In this document: piece after piece, positions 11,904 through 24,650 of the stretch
Layout: each line of letters starts with the position of its first letter
How positions within the stretch are numbered: the stretch's first letter is position 1
Source: Haliotis rubra
Lineage: Eukaryota
Assembly (NCBI RefSeq): GCF_003918875.1
Contig: NW_025767701.1
Span: forward strand, 620,001-684,000
Direction of reading: 5' to 3'
DNA length: 64,000 bases
Notes under the pieces: generated by a model
What the model was told of the DNA's origin: nothing
Database searches by the model: none
Seen by the model: only the letters and a program-made list of their open reading frames with translations
Position numbers and translations under genes: made by a program

Positions 11904-13800
11904 TATCTATCTATCTATCTATCTATCTAGTATCTATCTATCTATCTATCTATAAAATATTTGTTGAGCGCTAGGATCTGGTAGAACCACCCAAAAGCGC
12001 TACACTGAGCAAGGAACTGGCAGTTGACAAAATTGTCAAAGGTCCCTGTTAATTGAGGAACACTGTATGCCTTTCCGGGAAATGTATGTCTTTAGATTTG
12101 CTTTGAACGAACGCTGACAGTTCATGATGTGACCTCAGGCTGAATGGCAGACTGTTCAACATCTGTCTCCAAATGTTCTGGTTTTGTTGGAGGGGACACA
12201 GAGAAGCAGTTGATCTTATGACCGCAGCTGTCGTATTGCCTGGCAGAGTTTATTTACTGAGGTCTGCGAGATATGCTTGAGCGAGTCTATGTAGACATTT
12301 GAACACCATCACTAGTATTTTGGAACCAATCATGTATGTCACAGGTATCCAGTGGAGCTGATGCAGTGATGTATTCCCTTCCTCCAGTGCGCATGGTGGC
12401 TCTTGCTGCTCTATTGTGGACTCTGGGCGGTTTCTTAATTAGAGAATCCGGGTGAGGTGAGGTGAGGTGAAATTGGGTTTAACGTCGTGCTTGAGAATAT
12501 TTCGCTCATATGACGACGTGCATGCGTGTGTATGTGTATGTGCAGCTGCTTGTACTAGCCCAGACTTAAGCTGGTTTTATAGTGCTAGCACACTGAGATA
12601 CCATGCCGCAGTGACTGACTGACTGACTGAGTTTGGTTTTACGCCGCTTTTAGCAATATTCATTACACTGATTCAGAGCTGACCAAATCCCCACTTGTAC
12701 CCATTAATGCCAGAGCCGCCAGGCCTTGTTGTACCAAATGCAAGCGCCGAGCCATATTTTAACGTCTTTTAACGCGTATCACGCGGCCGGGGATCGAACT
12801 CACGACCTTCCGCTCTCCGGGCGGACGCTCTAACCACTACACCACGGAGGCGGTTTTTGGATCATTTGGTTGCAGATATCTGAGAATCATGCTGATCTTA
12901 TACTGAACTGTTTTTCGCGATCTTTTCTCAACACGCACATTGACAGTGAACATTACTCCGAAAGGGTCTGATATTATTGAGTGGTCAAGGCTGATGTTCT
13001 TGACTGTCAGATGATTTTTACGCACAGACAAGGTCAAGGATATGTCCATGTATATGGGTGGGCCCCCTGATGACTTGTAGCAAATTATGTGATTCCAGGA
13101 GGGATATAGATTGCCGGGTATCCTTGTTGCGTTTAACGTCAAGGTGATAGTTGAGATCTCCACAGATTAATAGCCGACCAGAATTCCTATTTGGGGGTCT
13201 ATAAACTGAGATCAAATTCAGATTCTGGTTAATCGATGTGTGTGGTAACATTTCAAAGGAAGTCTGATCCCTGCCAAGGTTGAGTTGACGACATGACAGC
13301 CTGTCACTATATACCGCACCGACACCGCCGCCTTTTCTGTATCTCCTGGCTATGTGGGTGCATCTGTTGCCTTTAGGTACAAGCTTGGAGGTCGTGACAT
13401 TGTCAACGTCGCCATTAGTCAACCAGGTTTCCGTGATTGTTAACATATCCGAGTTATTAAAGAGGACAAGTTCAGAAAGTGACTGGGCTTTATCGTTGTC
13501 ACGGGTGTCAGTTTTGACAGATCTAGCAATAAGTGGACATATTTTGAGAACATGGTCCTTGTAGGTCTTTTGAACACTTTTGTCTGGTGGTGCTTTTTTA
13601 GCCCCAGCTGTCTTGACTCCGCCCCGGCCTCCACGGTGAGTCCGTTTAACACTACAAATTCCAAGGTATCTAAGAGCATGGAGAGTACTCACGGGAATAT
13701 TTCTGATTTCTTCATTTTGTGATAGCGGGAACAGGGGTGAATATGACAGCTTAGTTAGTAACAACATCTACACAGACTGTCGTATTGAGTACTCCATGTT
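11904..13800 (-). mobile_element. L2/CR1-group LINE remnant, internally deleted (APE endonuclease + extreme C-terminus + 3' tail)
   Basis: ORF 13018-13767 has ITETWL, GGGV, VYRPP, GDLN and HGHILDLV APE motifs; ~12090-12370 reads LHWIPV...FKCLH...FKANLKTY; stem-loop tail plus (TAGA)n at 11904-11952; RT core absent. Confidence 0.85.
12452..12855 (-). mobile_element. Family-B SINE inserted in the LINE; middle garbled with family-A tail sequence
   Basis: Matches 9139-9488 in reverse; 12613-~12790 is chimeric. Confidence 0.8.
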
Positions 13801-14512
13801 AGGTGAAAATTGGAAAAACTATTGTCAATCACTGAAGTACACTGTATAGCTGAGAACAATAGGCTAAGCCTGAGACAGTCACTCGGTTTGGGTCTTGATT
13901 GGTCATGTTGGAGTTGATTTGAAATCTTGAATCTGTTTTCATAATAACGTCAAAATGGAAAATATTTTTTACAAATTTAATTAAAAGGAAAGAGTCCACA
14001 GTACTTCTTGGATAACCATACCACATTTCAGTCAGATCTGAGACCTATGTCACAAGATGTTCAACAGACCAGTCAGAGCTCATGTTTGATGTGGTGCCCA
14101 TGTGATGCCTGATTGCATAGAACCTGAGGTGTGTTGATGCTGAGAGGAAGCCGAATAAAGGTTTTGAGGAAGACATGTGACATCATGTTGTCAGTCGTAC
14201 ATGATATCAAGAATTGACAAACAATAGTTTTTCTCGCTGATGAATAAAATGACCTGTTATGACCATTATATCCTACTCCTGTAACCCATGCTTCTAAGAG
14301 GCGACTAACGGGATCGGGTGTTCAGGCTCGCTGAAAAATAGTACCACCAAAAACACCCTCAAAAACAACAAACAAAGCCCTGAAAGATTTGCAGATGCGA
14401 CCTAAAAATCAGTGATGACACCCGGTGTTCGTGCATTTCCTGCTCCACCCACGACGTGCATCTATATAGAACAAATACGACACAGTGGCACTTAGTGGTT
14501 AAAACTCCATGC

Positions 14513-14745
14513 GACCCGTGGCGGTCCGGGTTAGAATTGATCTTTAGTATCCCATGCTTGTCGTAAGAGGCGACTAACGGGATTGGGTGGTCAGGCTCGC
14601 TGGCTTGATTGAAACATGTCATCGGTTCCAAATTGCACAGATCGATGCTCATGCTGTTGATCACTGGATTGTCTGATCCAGACTCGATTATTTACAGACC
14701 GCCGCCATATAGGTGGAGTGCGGCTTAAAACTAAACTCACTCACT
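14513..14745 (+). mobile_element. SINE-like family C (~250 bp, no tRNA head, structured 5' end, (ACTC)n tail)
   Basis: GACCCGTG...CCCATGCTTGTCGTAAGAGGCGACTAACGGG head. About 19 full or partial copies (e.g. 15167, 19602, 24093, 24726, 33187, 39842, 45694, 48610, 55887, 57690, 60411). Confidence 0.85.
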
Positions 14746-15166
14746 GTAAAAGATCAACCTTTATTACGATTATTGTACACAAGTCCAGGTAACACGCTGA
14801 ATATGGATATTCAGCTGTTTCTTTGCTCATCATTTTACAAATCCGAATACGAAGTACCTGAACAAGCAATGATGTTCATAATACAGGATGGTAACAAGTC
14901 GATGGAACTTTGTTTGAATCAATGACATTTGATAAAATATTAATGAGATACAGTTCTGGTAACTGAATACAATTGAAACATTTTATGGTATTAGAAAGAT
15001 ATTATCTTTCATAATGTTTGCAGAATGATATGTTTTAAAACATGTTAAATTTTCCTTTCAATATCGGATGCTATTCCATGTTAGTGACGTTTTAGTTGAT
15101 ATGGGATGTTTTATGTCTCTTCGATTAATATATTATTGACGGAAATGTCACATTTCAGTGAGTATT

Positions 15167-15545
15167 TGAGTGAGTGAGTGAGTGAGTTCAGTTTTACGCC
15201 GCACTAAGGAATATTTAAACTATATGGCGGCGGTCTGTAAATAATCGAGTCTGGACCAGACAATCCAGTGATCAACAGCATGAGCATCGATCTGTGCAAT
15301 TGGGAACCGATGACCTGTGTCAACCAAGTCAGCGACCCTGACCACTCGATCCCGTTAGTCGCCTCTTACGACAAGCATGGGTTGCTGAAGGTACATTCTA
15401 ACCCGAACCTTCACGGGTTACTCATTTGGGATACGATGACCTGTGTCAACCAAGTCAGCGACCCTGACCACTCGATCCCGTTAGTCACCTCTTACGACAA
15501 GCATGGGTTGCTGAAGGTACATTCTAACCCGAACCTTCACGGGTA
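15167..15545 (-). mobile_element. Family-C element with a tandemly duplicated 5' half
   Basis: ~15309-15418 is repeated at ~15436-15545. Confidence 0.85.
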
Positions 15546-15700
15546 ACAGACATTCCACGCGTCTTGCCATGTACAACTTATGTGAAACACTTGTCCTTGT
15601 TGTCAATCAACCCTAGAAATAACTCACCTTTTGCTGTTGAAGTGGTAAGTTATCACCAATGTCAATCATGAAGAAGTGAACGAATTCATCTATATTGGCA

Positions 15701-15706
15701 TTTATT
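15701..15706 (-). terminator. Candidate polyadenylation signal (AATAAA) of the mucin gene
   Basis: tttatt on plus, at the end of an AT-rich, SINE-free ~2.4-kb stretch downstream of the stop codon. Confidence 0.4.
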
Positions 15707-16261
15707 AAATGTATTTTTACATTAAACATATATGTATATATGCAAATATGAAAATGGAAATATGAGCAGAAAATACTGTTTAAAAACTTCATTTATATAT
15801 ACATGGTTATTTACACTTAAATCAACTGTTGTATATATACATATTGAATGGCGTCATCGTCAAAGGCAACAGTGCTAATGGGTTATCTCCCTTCCGGAAG
15901 AAGGCACATCTGGACCTTGGTACTTCCAGCAAATAAGGACACCTATCAATCGGCGATGATTGATGTGGGGATATTTGATTTGAAATAACGATCAACCAAA
16001 GACTGTACATTTAAAAAGATTGACATATTTCAACAATAATGCTAAACAGTGTTCATCTTTGGAAACTTGAGGAGTGGAGTGAGCAATGTTGTTTTACCAA
16101 TAATCTACCTCAGATAGAATGACTGAGACTGCATTTGCTCCAGTTGCATTGAATAACAGGTACACTGATCCCGGCGACATTTGCCTGGCCTGGATGTACC
16201 CCGGATGTGTTCCGAGTGTACCACGGGTCACCCCGGATACAATTGACCTTGACTGGTTGAC

Positions 16262-16720
16262 CTTGAGTGCATGAATTGATACATTGACCTCCGAGGCATT
16301 GGTCAGGAGAACATCTAATCTAAGATTCATTGACCGAGGGTGTATTGATGTCGGATTCATTGACCGAGGGTGTATTGATGTCGGTTTCATTAACCAGAGT
16401 GTATTGGCCTCGGATGCATTGGACACAGACGCATTGACCTTGGGGATGCATTGGACACAGATGCATTAACCTTGGGGATGCATTGGACACAGATGCATTA
16501 ACCTTGGGGATGCATTGGACACAGACGCATTGACCTTGGGGATGCATTGGACACAGATGCATTGACCTTGGGGATGCATTGGACACAGATGCATTAACCT
16601 TGGGGATGCATTGGACACAGATGCATTAACCTTGAGAACAATGAAATCAGATGCATTGACCACGGAAAAATTGAAAGCAAAATGCATTGATCGAGGGTGT
16701 TATGACCATGGGTGCATAGA
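16262..16720. repeat. Minisatellite: 30-bp units grading into 32-bp units (2 x 16-bp subunits around GATGCATT)
   Basis: ttggggatgcattggacacagatgcattaacc repeated with period 32 from ~16440; period 30 at ~16324-16390. Confidence 0.9.
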
Positions 16721-18074
16721 CATACATTACATTAACTCCGGATGTTAGTACACGCCAGAACAACGCAAATATATAAACATATTCAAGAGGACCTTCAGAG
16801 TTTAATTAATGTGCAATAAATACGATATCGTAATATCAAGTCTTGTCAATTTACACACTATATGCTTCAGAGAGGTCAGTGAGTATTAGTGGTATGGGGG
16901 AAGGGTGATTGCTGTAGAGGTCCAATCATTGCATAGATTTACTGTGATCACAGGGAAACACATGACGTCAGCAGGATATAATGATCATGCGCTGGATATA
17001 CAGGAAGCTACAGGGTTTTAGCGCATCTTGACGTAAGGATCTTGCCAAATGTTCAAATAGAACAGTAACCTACGAAGTTGCGATTCCCTACTCCAGGGTC
17101 CAACGTTGACGTAATTTTGTCAGCGTCGGTTAAAAGTAAAAGAGGTAGTGTAGTTTGTTAATAGTTTGTGGTTAATGATAATAGGCACTACATGTTTGTA
17201 TCATATATTTGTTACACCAATATCACTCATTTGAGACATTATTATAATACCAAGTTATCTCCCCTTGAAAGGCTTTAATACTCCGTTAATGAGACACGAG
17301 ACATATATATATATTGTGCTATACAGTTCAATGCACAATTAAATATTACCGGACATTAGGGTCGGTGACAAAGGTCATGTATATGAGCATATATCACAGA
17401 ATGTGAAAATTAGAGACAATTACGAAATCAGGAGGGGATTGAACGACTGGAGGAATGGGGTGAAGGGAAAGGGGGTTGGTTGGGTGGACCCCAGACCTAA
17501 TAGCCTGGGTCTGCGTATAGGCGGCGTATCCAAGCCATCAGATCTCTTCGTCCTATATCTACTCTATCTCGTCATTTCTGATTACATTACTCTAATCAAT
17601 GTCTCTACAATGTACAAAACAGTCACCTACATCTCATCCACACACATATTGCATAGCGGCATCACTCGAGATCTTCCAACAGAGTTATCTCCCCGTAGTG
17701 CCAGGAATGTTCATGACGTAAATATCTGTGACCTTGAACTTCTTATCACCTGTATGATTATTCCTTCATTAATGGAAGCATCAAAACTCTTTCATCTCGT
17801 CATGACTATTGTAACCATCTTGAAGCAGCTCACGACCACACAACTGTTAGTCCCAGAAAATCAGGAAGTTACTTTGGTATTCTTTTGACGTCAGGATCCA
17901 GGGACGTCATTTCTTTATCTGCAGGAAAGTATCTAATGACGTTAAAACCTGGATACGCCTGACTTTGTCATGGAATGGCAGTATACGGTAAAAGATGTGA
18001 CGTCATCACATTTTGTTCGTAACGTAATTATGACGTCATTTAATTGTTCCTACACATCACCAAGTATGACGTCA

Positions 18075-18197
18075 TTAAAGTCTCGTCTCCCACGCTTCCT
18101 GGTCCTCGTTGTAGAGTGTCATGATGTTGTCATGGTAGAATACCACTGCATTGTTGGTGAACCCAGCACGTTCACTTCCGGGACGACCATTTCGCAA
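18075..18197 (-). CDS. SEA-mucin gene, terminal coding exon (LRNGRPGSERAGFTNNAVVFYHDNIMTLYNEDQEAWETRL*)
   Basis: Acceptor GTTACAG at 18198, phase 0 matching the donor at 23278, 41 codons, ends in class I PDZ-type ETRL. Confidence 0.75.
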   Translation of the reverse strand: MRNGRPGSERAGFTNNAVVFYHDNIMTLYNEDQEAWETRL

Positions 18198-18246
18198 CTG
18201 TAACATATACCACGTACAATGAAAAGCGAAATTACAATCATCTCAC

Positions 18247-18276
18247 CTACAGCAATGACCGTGTTTTCCACAGCTT
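18247..18276 (-). CDS. SEA-mucin gene, candidate alternative 30-nt exon (KLWKTRSLL*)
   Basis: Acceptor CATTTCTAG, phase 0, stop TAG immediately followed by donor GTGAGA; 49-nt intron to the 18197 exon. Confidence 0.55.
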   Translation of the reverse strand, partial: KLWKTRSLL

Positions 18277-18382
18277 CTAGAAATGAAAATGAACATCAAT
18301 GTTTCGTTCAACACGACTATTTTACCCAGGAAACCAGTTGAGATAAAAATATAAACTAATGGTTAAACGAGTTTAATGACTA

Positions 18383-18904
18383 TAGTCTGTTTGCGGTGTA
18401 AACGTACCGATGAATTCCACTTTAAACAAAATGTAAATCAAATAAAGTGAAATTAAGATTGCGAATCCTCATAATTTTACCATGCCATTTCAATATTTAA
18501 ATCTCAGATATTTATTTAACTTAGGATAAAAGTTGTTTAACAGACGATCATAATTTCAAATCGGTATTATTGGTTTGTATTACAAGGGGTATGCACATTA
18601 AATGAAACACCGAGAACAAGGAGGGTTGGTCTAAGTTAACACTCATCACGTACCGCACGTGCATTTGTTTCACTGTTCCAACTACTGCGCTTACCCCCTT
18701 GTAATATACAAACCAATATAAGCGATTTGAAACAATGATCGTTTGTTAAACAACTTTTTTCCTAAGTTGAATAAAAATCTAATATTTAATTTTTAAATTG
18801 GCAAGGTAGAAATATGAGGATTCGCAATCTGAATTTCACTGTATTCGATTTACATTTTTGTTTAAAGTGAAATTCAACGGTACGTTTTCACTGCAAACAG
18901 ACTA
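18383..18904. mobile_element. Foldback/MITE with ~210-bp terminal inverted repeats (TAG...CTA termini, TA flanks)
   Basis: tagtctgtttgcggtgtaaacgtaccg... mirrors ...cggtacgttttcactgcaaacagacta; ~100-bp spacer. Confidence 0.85.
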
Positions 18905-19781
18905 TAAGGTCTCATAACGTTTTTATACATGCCATATACATGAGAATAGAACAGGCTGTAGGTAATTATAACAGCTGTACACAATACAACAACGCATTTA
19001 ATTAAATATAAATATAACAGAGATATGTATAATGGAAGTGGAGAATCCATTTTATTTAGATATAAAGAGATACCTCATCTCCAGATAGGAGCTCGAGATA
19101 AAAGTCTCTGTTTTCTCTGATACAGATTTCACTGGGTACGGAATGCTCACTGCAAGGTATAATAGCGGTCTACTTGTACAAACGGTCTATCACCCTTTAT
19201 GTTTAACACTTCTGTTTAGGTACCCCCCACGGTATATGTAGAACTATGTAGCTATACTATAGCAAGTACAACCATACTACGAGTATTGCTGGGTACTACT
19301 GTTGGCCATGCATCTCTCGTAATGGAGCACTGAAGAATAAGCCGTTGGTATGAAGAATAACTGTACGATACAACACTACTCCACTGAGGAAAGGACGAGG
19401 TAGGATAGCAAGACAATGAACAGTGTACAGACAATATATAAATGGTTGAGTGAGTGAGTGAGTTTGGTTTTACGCCGCACTCAGCAATATTCCATCTATA
19501 TGGCGGCGGTCGGTAATTTATAGAGTCTGGACCAGACAATCCAGTGAGCAACAGCATGGACATCCATCTACGTAATGTGGGATACTATGATAGGTAAAAT
19601 AAGTGAGTGAGTTTAGTTTTACGCTGCACTAAGCAATATTCCAGCTATAAGGCGGCGGTTTGTAAATAATCGAATCTGGACCAGACAATCCAGTCAGCAA
19701 CAAAACAAAATGAGCATCGATCTACGCAATTGGGATACGATGACATTACACTGTCATGTGTGAACCAAGGCAACGAGCCTG

Positions 19782-19845
19782 ACTGACTGACTGACTGAGT
19801 TTGGTTTTAAGCCGCTTTTAGCAATATTCCAGCAACATCACGGCG
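19782..19845 (-). mobile_element. 5'-truncated family-A SINE nested in a family-C copy
   Basis: 13-bp TSD ggcaacgagcctg at 19769-19781 and 19846-19858. Confidence 0.85.
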
Positions 19846-20248
19846 GGCAACGAGCCTGCCCACCAAATACCGTTATTCGCCTCTTACGACAAGCATGGGT
19901 TACTGAGGATCAGTTCTCAACAGGATCTTCACTGGTATAAAATGGTTGATACCATACTGACGTTTTACATTACATTGTAAGGACAGACGGAAGAGAAGAA
20001 TCCCTCCACATTTACTCATTGACATCGCATAAAATCCCGAGAGGCTTACTGCGATTACCTGATTTTTAAAATGATATTATGTTATATTAATTACGTGTCA
20101 TTCCAGGGATGACGGTTGTCATTAAAGTGGTTAATCAACAAGTTAGGTTTGGTAGTATTGAACTCATTAGAAAACGACGGTCGCTGCCTGTCTGTTACGT
20201 CATTATTTTGATTTCTTCAGAAACCATTTTAGAGGCGAGTTAAGCGGG

Positions 20249-20272
20249 TTAGATGTCAAAGTGTGATATCAC
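20249..20272 (-). CDS. SEA-mucin gene, speculative alternative terminal exon (VISHFDI*)
   Basis: Strong acceptor GTTGTTTTTCAG, phase 0 compatible with the 23278 donor; very short, so it could be chance. Confidence 0.25.
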   Translation of the reverse strand: MISHFDI

Positions 20273-22419
20273 CTGAAAAACAACCAGAGTTTGTCAACAA
20301 CACCTAGCCAGGTTCCGTCTATCGTTACCGCTGTCTGCACCGACTGTTGGCTTTGCATTTTAAACTGTGATTGGTCGACTGGTGCGAGGTGATACTGTTT
20401 TACGTCTTTTCTAAACAAATCCCCGAAAACGCCCAGTCACGTGACAGAACGGGGCGCCATAACGTGGTCGAAATATTTTATCCACAAGGGGATTCGAACC
20501 TCGGTTTGCAGGCTGGCGATCTAACCCTTTGACCTCAAATATATCACCTGACATCTCGCAGACGGATCCCAGCTAAATACGTGCGGACAACTGACACAGC
20601 TTAACTGTTGATAGACTGGAAGGTATGATCCCCCATGTATTGAATATGTATCACATTTACTGCTATCATCACAGTCGGAGCATATTGCCTTGCGGAACGG
20701 ACATCAGGAACCAGTTTAATGCAAAATTCATAACTTGTGCATCTAACTACCAATACAAATCACGTGATTACAACGACGGGTTAGTGAAGGGTGTTTGTTC
20801 TTCGTCTGATTCAGGCAGTCTGGCATTTGACACACAGGATACTTGCTTTTAAAGTGGGATGTTAATAGAATAGGCAAAAGAAATGCTGAAAATAAGCAAG
20901 TAAAATTCAGAATAAAAGTTTAGTTCCTTTCAGTGTCATAACGCCTGACGTACGTAACGACGCCCACTTTGAGCAACGTCATGTGCGACGTGACGTATTG
21001 CGTGAATCAGCGAAGGGGAGTTAGTGCTACGACATACACCAGGTTCGACTACGATACTTACACCATCAAGTCTTGCACACCACTTACTCAAAGTGATGTG
21101 GTTCGTTGCTAAACAAATAAGGAATGTGACGTCATGCATTGTATACAATGAAAGGGAGGTAACTGTACCAGAACAGACCAGGTGGCTTTGGGAAGCGGTG
21201 AAGGCATTTGGGAGATCGAAACAGAATGTCGATTTCGAATTTCATTGAAGGATTTTTTCGTTTCTCTGCTTTCCAGAATAATGATTAATGAACATTTAGA
21301 TTTCTACATATACTGAAGGTCAAAAGAAAATATGCACCCATGTCCTATCGTGGCTACCCATGGAGTAAACAACGGTTATTCGATGATGAAATATATAAAC
21401 GATAGTTTTGGACCACAAGTCCAACGTTTCGACAATTATTTTCAGCCTTGAAATGCTTTGAAAATCTTTGTGAATTTTCAAGAAAGTACCTTTTACTTTT
21501 TTGCCAAATCCATTTTCAAAGAAAATACTGTCGGTTTTCCGACAGCATTGTATCAACTGTATTGTGATGTAGTGATCACCACGTGTAGGTCTCATATAAT
21601 CAGTCTCACATTGTTTTGTCAAACAGTATCTATAATATCATTCCCTTCCTGCACTGCCTGGTCTGATCATATGTATGTCTCCACTAATATCCCATGCTTG
21701 AAGTCAAGCGTGAACATCCGGGAAAGATGGTTGGAATGTATGCGAGTGAGTGTTGTTTTACGCCGTATTTCAGCCATATCACCGAGGAGGACAAACCGAG
21801 TTTGTATTTCACCCTGAGAAACAAACCCGGGTCGTTGATGTGGTGAGCAAAGGCTTAACCACTTTCCCCCGGCACTCCTCCTTGAGGTTCACATTTCCAA
21901 CCATCTTGTTCCACGAAATGACAAAGCATGAAGTGCCCGTCACAACTGCAAACGCACAAACAGGAAAATAACCTCGCTATCTTGTCGGATCGCCATGCAT
22001 CTAGCGCTGTACTACAAGCATCTGTGCGCAGGATTGAGGGCGGGAGGGAGATGTGAAACACAGGTGGCTGACTGTGCGAGGATAATAATTCCGGCTATCA
22101 CCTCGAACAGGTAAACCCGGGGATGATAGTGTGAGCACCGACCCACGTGTTACTGTTGTTTTCCACCGCAGTCAACAATATTTCAGATGTTTGATGGTGG
22201 CTTGTATCTATCCGAGTGGTTGACAACTGGTGGTTGACAAGCAACGCTTATTTGGCCGGCGCACGATGATGGTTACACTGTAACCATCCGATCCTCATTT
22301 CAGTCAAATGTCACGCTGTGTTGCTGGGCTGCTTTTCCCATCGAAACCAAGGGGAATCCCGATAACGGAATCCCATACAACAATACGCAAATCCCTCCAA
22401 ATTCGAAGGATACAGCAAT

Positions 22420-23200
22420 CAACCCGAGGAATACCCAAGGGAGTCAACCCGCCAGTATAATACAAACCCAAGTCAAACCTGAGACATCCCCATACCAGAC
22501 AATTACCAATCAAAACAAAATATCAAATGATAGAGGCCATTTTGACCACCTAATACCCGGTGAACTCGGCAGGGTGGTAGGGTGGCATGGCAGCGTTGTA
22601 GAAGACATCAGACACATTTGGGTTTGAATCTAACACGCGTTAGCTACGTCAATAAACACAAGTACAGCATCCATCATGTTGATATCAATATCTACAACAT
22701 TCATCACACACTCTCTACCCTTTGTTGCCGAGCAACATTCGACATTGACACGGACATCTACTGCAAGACATGTTCAGAATCGTCTACACATAATCCACGC
22801 ATTCCAAAGGCGTGTAACTCTAAAGAACTAATTGGGCGCTTTAGAAGTCTGCGCCACCGATGCCATAAGGCAAACAGAACGTGCACTAATGACGGAACAT
22901 CTAGACACAATCTACATCTACATCCAGTCAACCCCCATTACACCCACTACTGAGAAAAATCAGTCAAGGTTAATCAAGAAAAAAACACTCTCGCAAGTTA
23001 CCCAGAAACCCATCAACTTCCCTGTTGACTTTTTGTCGTCTGGCATTGCCAAGCAATACGTTATTCTCCAAACTGACTGCGTCACACATGTGGACTTCAC
23101 CTCTACCCTCATCCAAAACATTATCCATGGGTATAGATAATCATCTCCAAATAGACCCTACCATATTCCAGCTTACCATCCAATCACATTACACACATCC
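22420..23200 (+). pseudogene. Highly degenerate coding-like remnant, possibly a DIRS-type tyrosine recombinase
   Basis: Fragments such as AWQRCRRHQTHLGL and VTLKN/LIGALEVC in shifting frames loosely recall YR domains; no catalytic motif is clearly readable. Confidence 0.2.
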
Positions 23201-23277
23201 CTATCCATCGTGCATGCCCCCAATCCCCTCCTCATCTCATCACATCCCTCTCCCCGTGTTCAGAGTAACCAGCTCAC

Positions 23278-23469
23278 CTGATCTCTAGGTAGTGTGTCGG
23301 TCATGTCGTATCTGACGGGCGCGTCTTTTCCGTTTTCGTTGCTCTCGGGAACCGCCATTTTGTTGTCGTAGGCGTATTCGTGAGGAGAGTCAGCCCAGGT
23401 GCGCCTGTAGCCGATGTCGTCGGGATCTTCCTCCATCCTGTACTTCTGCCGTGTGTGACGGCGGGAACA
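23278..23469 (-). CDS. SEA-mucin gene, cytoplasmic exon (CSRRHTRQKY...YAYDNK...LPRDQ)
   Basis: Acceptor TTCCTTCAG, donor GTGAGC, 192 nt, phase 0-0; basic stop-transfer residues follow the TM. Confidence 0.9.
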
Positions 23470-23556
23470 CTGAAGGAAACACAATTTTGGTAACTCCAGT
23501 GTAAAACTCAAAAGGCGTACCAAGGGCGGCGGGTTAAGTATTATCGTAGTAGGAGT

Positions 23557-23985
23557 AGGACTGCACGGTATTACCGATGTACCTGTATATCACAATAAGC
23601 ATTTCAAACGATACGCATTACAATATTCTTCTGACACCCGGTATTTTTGGTAAAGACCATATATGGAGTTTTGTGATCATCTTTGTAGTTTAAATTAAAA
23701 TCTACAGACTTTCATTCAGAACAAATGTTTTCCTTCGTTATTCAATGATAGAGAGGCATATTGTATTGTGTAATACTATATACATTGTATAAAACAGAAC
23801 ACAGAATCCCTGACTATGCAACCTAATTTTGTGATTGCAGTTATCAGAACCACAACATGTTGCTTAAGAACTTATAATTAGTGTCACTCACTGTCAAACA
23901 CTTAAGTTCCCAATATATCGCGGTATGTATCGCAATACGAATACCCAAATCGCAATATATTGCAATACAATTTATTTGGCAATAG
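23557..23985. mobile_element. Degenerate hAT-like element related to 3279-4257, opposite orientation
   Basis: Starts taggactgcacggtattaccg (cf. reverse complement of the 4257 end); atcgcaatac subterminal repeats. Confidence 0.5.
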
Positions 23986-24504
23986 GTATAAGTATTTTCT
24001 AAGTGTTGTATTCGTGGTTGGACGTAAAGACATATGATATTTATTGGCAGGAAAATGGCAATATTACGCTTCCATGGAAGTCATCTAAAATGGAGTGAGT
24101 GAGTGAGTTTAGTTTTATTCCTCACTCAGCAATATTCAAGCTATATGGCGGCGGTCTGTAAATAATCGAGACCAGACAATCCAGTGATCAATAGCATGAG
24201 CATCGATCTGCGCAATTGGGAACCGATGACATGTGTCAACCAAGTCAGCGAGCCTGACCACCCGATCCCGTTAGTCGTCTCTTACGACAAGCATGGGTTA
24301 CTTAAGGAACATTTTAACCCGGACCTTCAACGGGTTTAAATCTTCTGATAACATCGTGCAGGATACATCACAGTGATATGTGTTGAAAGTAGTTCGACCT
24401 TGGGAACCTTATTTGGTATTATGCAATACGGTGTAAAGTTTTTTTTATATCAGTAACAGTGTTCAGTCTGAAAAAGAAAGAGATGGCAGGTGTCCCCAAC
24501 TGAC

Positions 24505-24650
24505 CAGGACGCAGATCATGAAGATGAGGAAGATGAGGAGGATGGAGCCGCACACGATGACGGCGATAGCCCAGTTGGGGAATTCGTCTTGGGGGACAGG
24601 TGTTGGAGCAGGTGTCGTTGTCGTTGGTGGCGCCGTTGTCCTCGGTACCA
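24505..24650 (-). CDS. SEA-mucin gene, Thr/Pro stalk + transmembrane exon (...WAIAVIVCGSILLIFLIFMICVL)
   Basis: Acceptor CCTTGCAG, donor GTCAGT, 146 nt, phase 1-0; 23-residue hydrophobic stretch. Confidence 0.92.

Noticed and set aside
12613-12790. Novel A/B chimeric SINE
   Set aside because: The sequence interleaves two families base by base without a TSD; more likely a consensus or assembly error over a heterozygous insertion.
15268-15546. Recurrent short ORFs MINSMSIDL.../MLMLLITGLSGPDS...
   Set aside because: Translations of family-C repeats, not genes.
16400-16640. Regular ~32-bp repeats (and the 63-64 kb array) as CRISPR
   Set aside because: No unique spacers and no cas genes; eukaryotic minisatellites.
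17403-17888. 161-aa plus-strand ORF
   Set aside because: GTG start, no recognisable motif, and antisense to the probable mucin 3' UTR.
21415-21450. Hammerhead-like CTGAAAA...GAAACGTT on minus (also CTGATGA near 49540)
   Set aside because: No stem II or stem I pairing at the first site, and no GAAA at the second.
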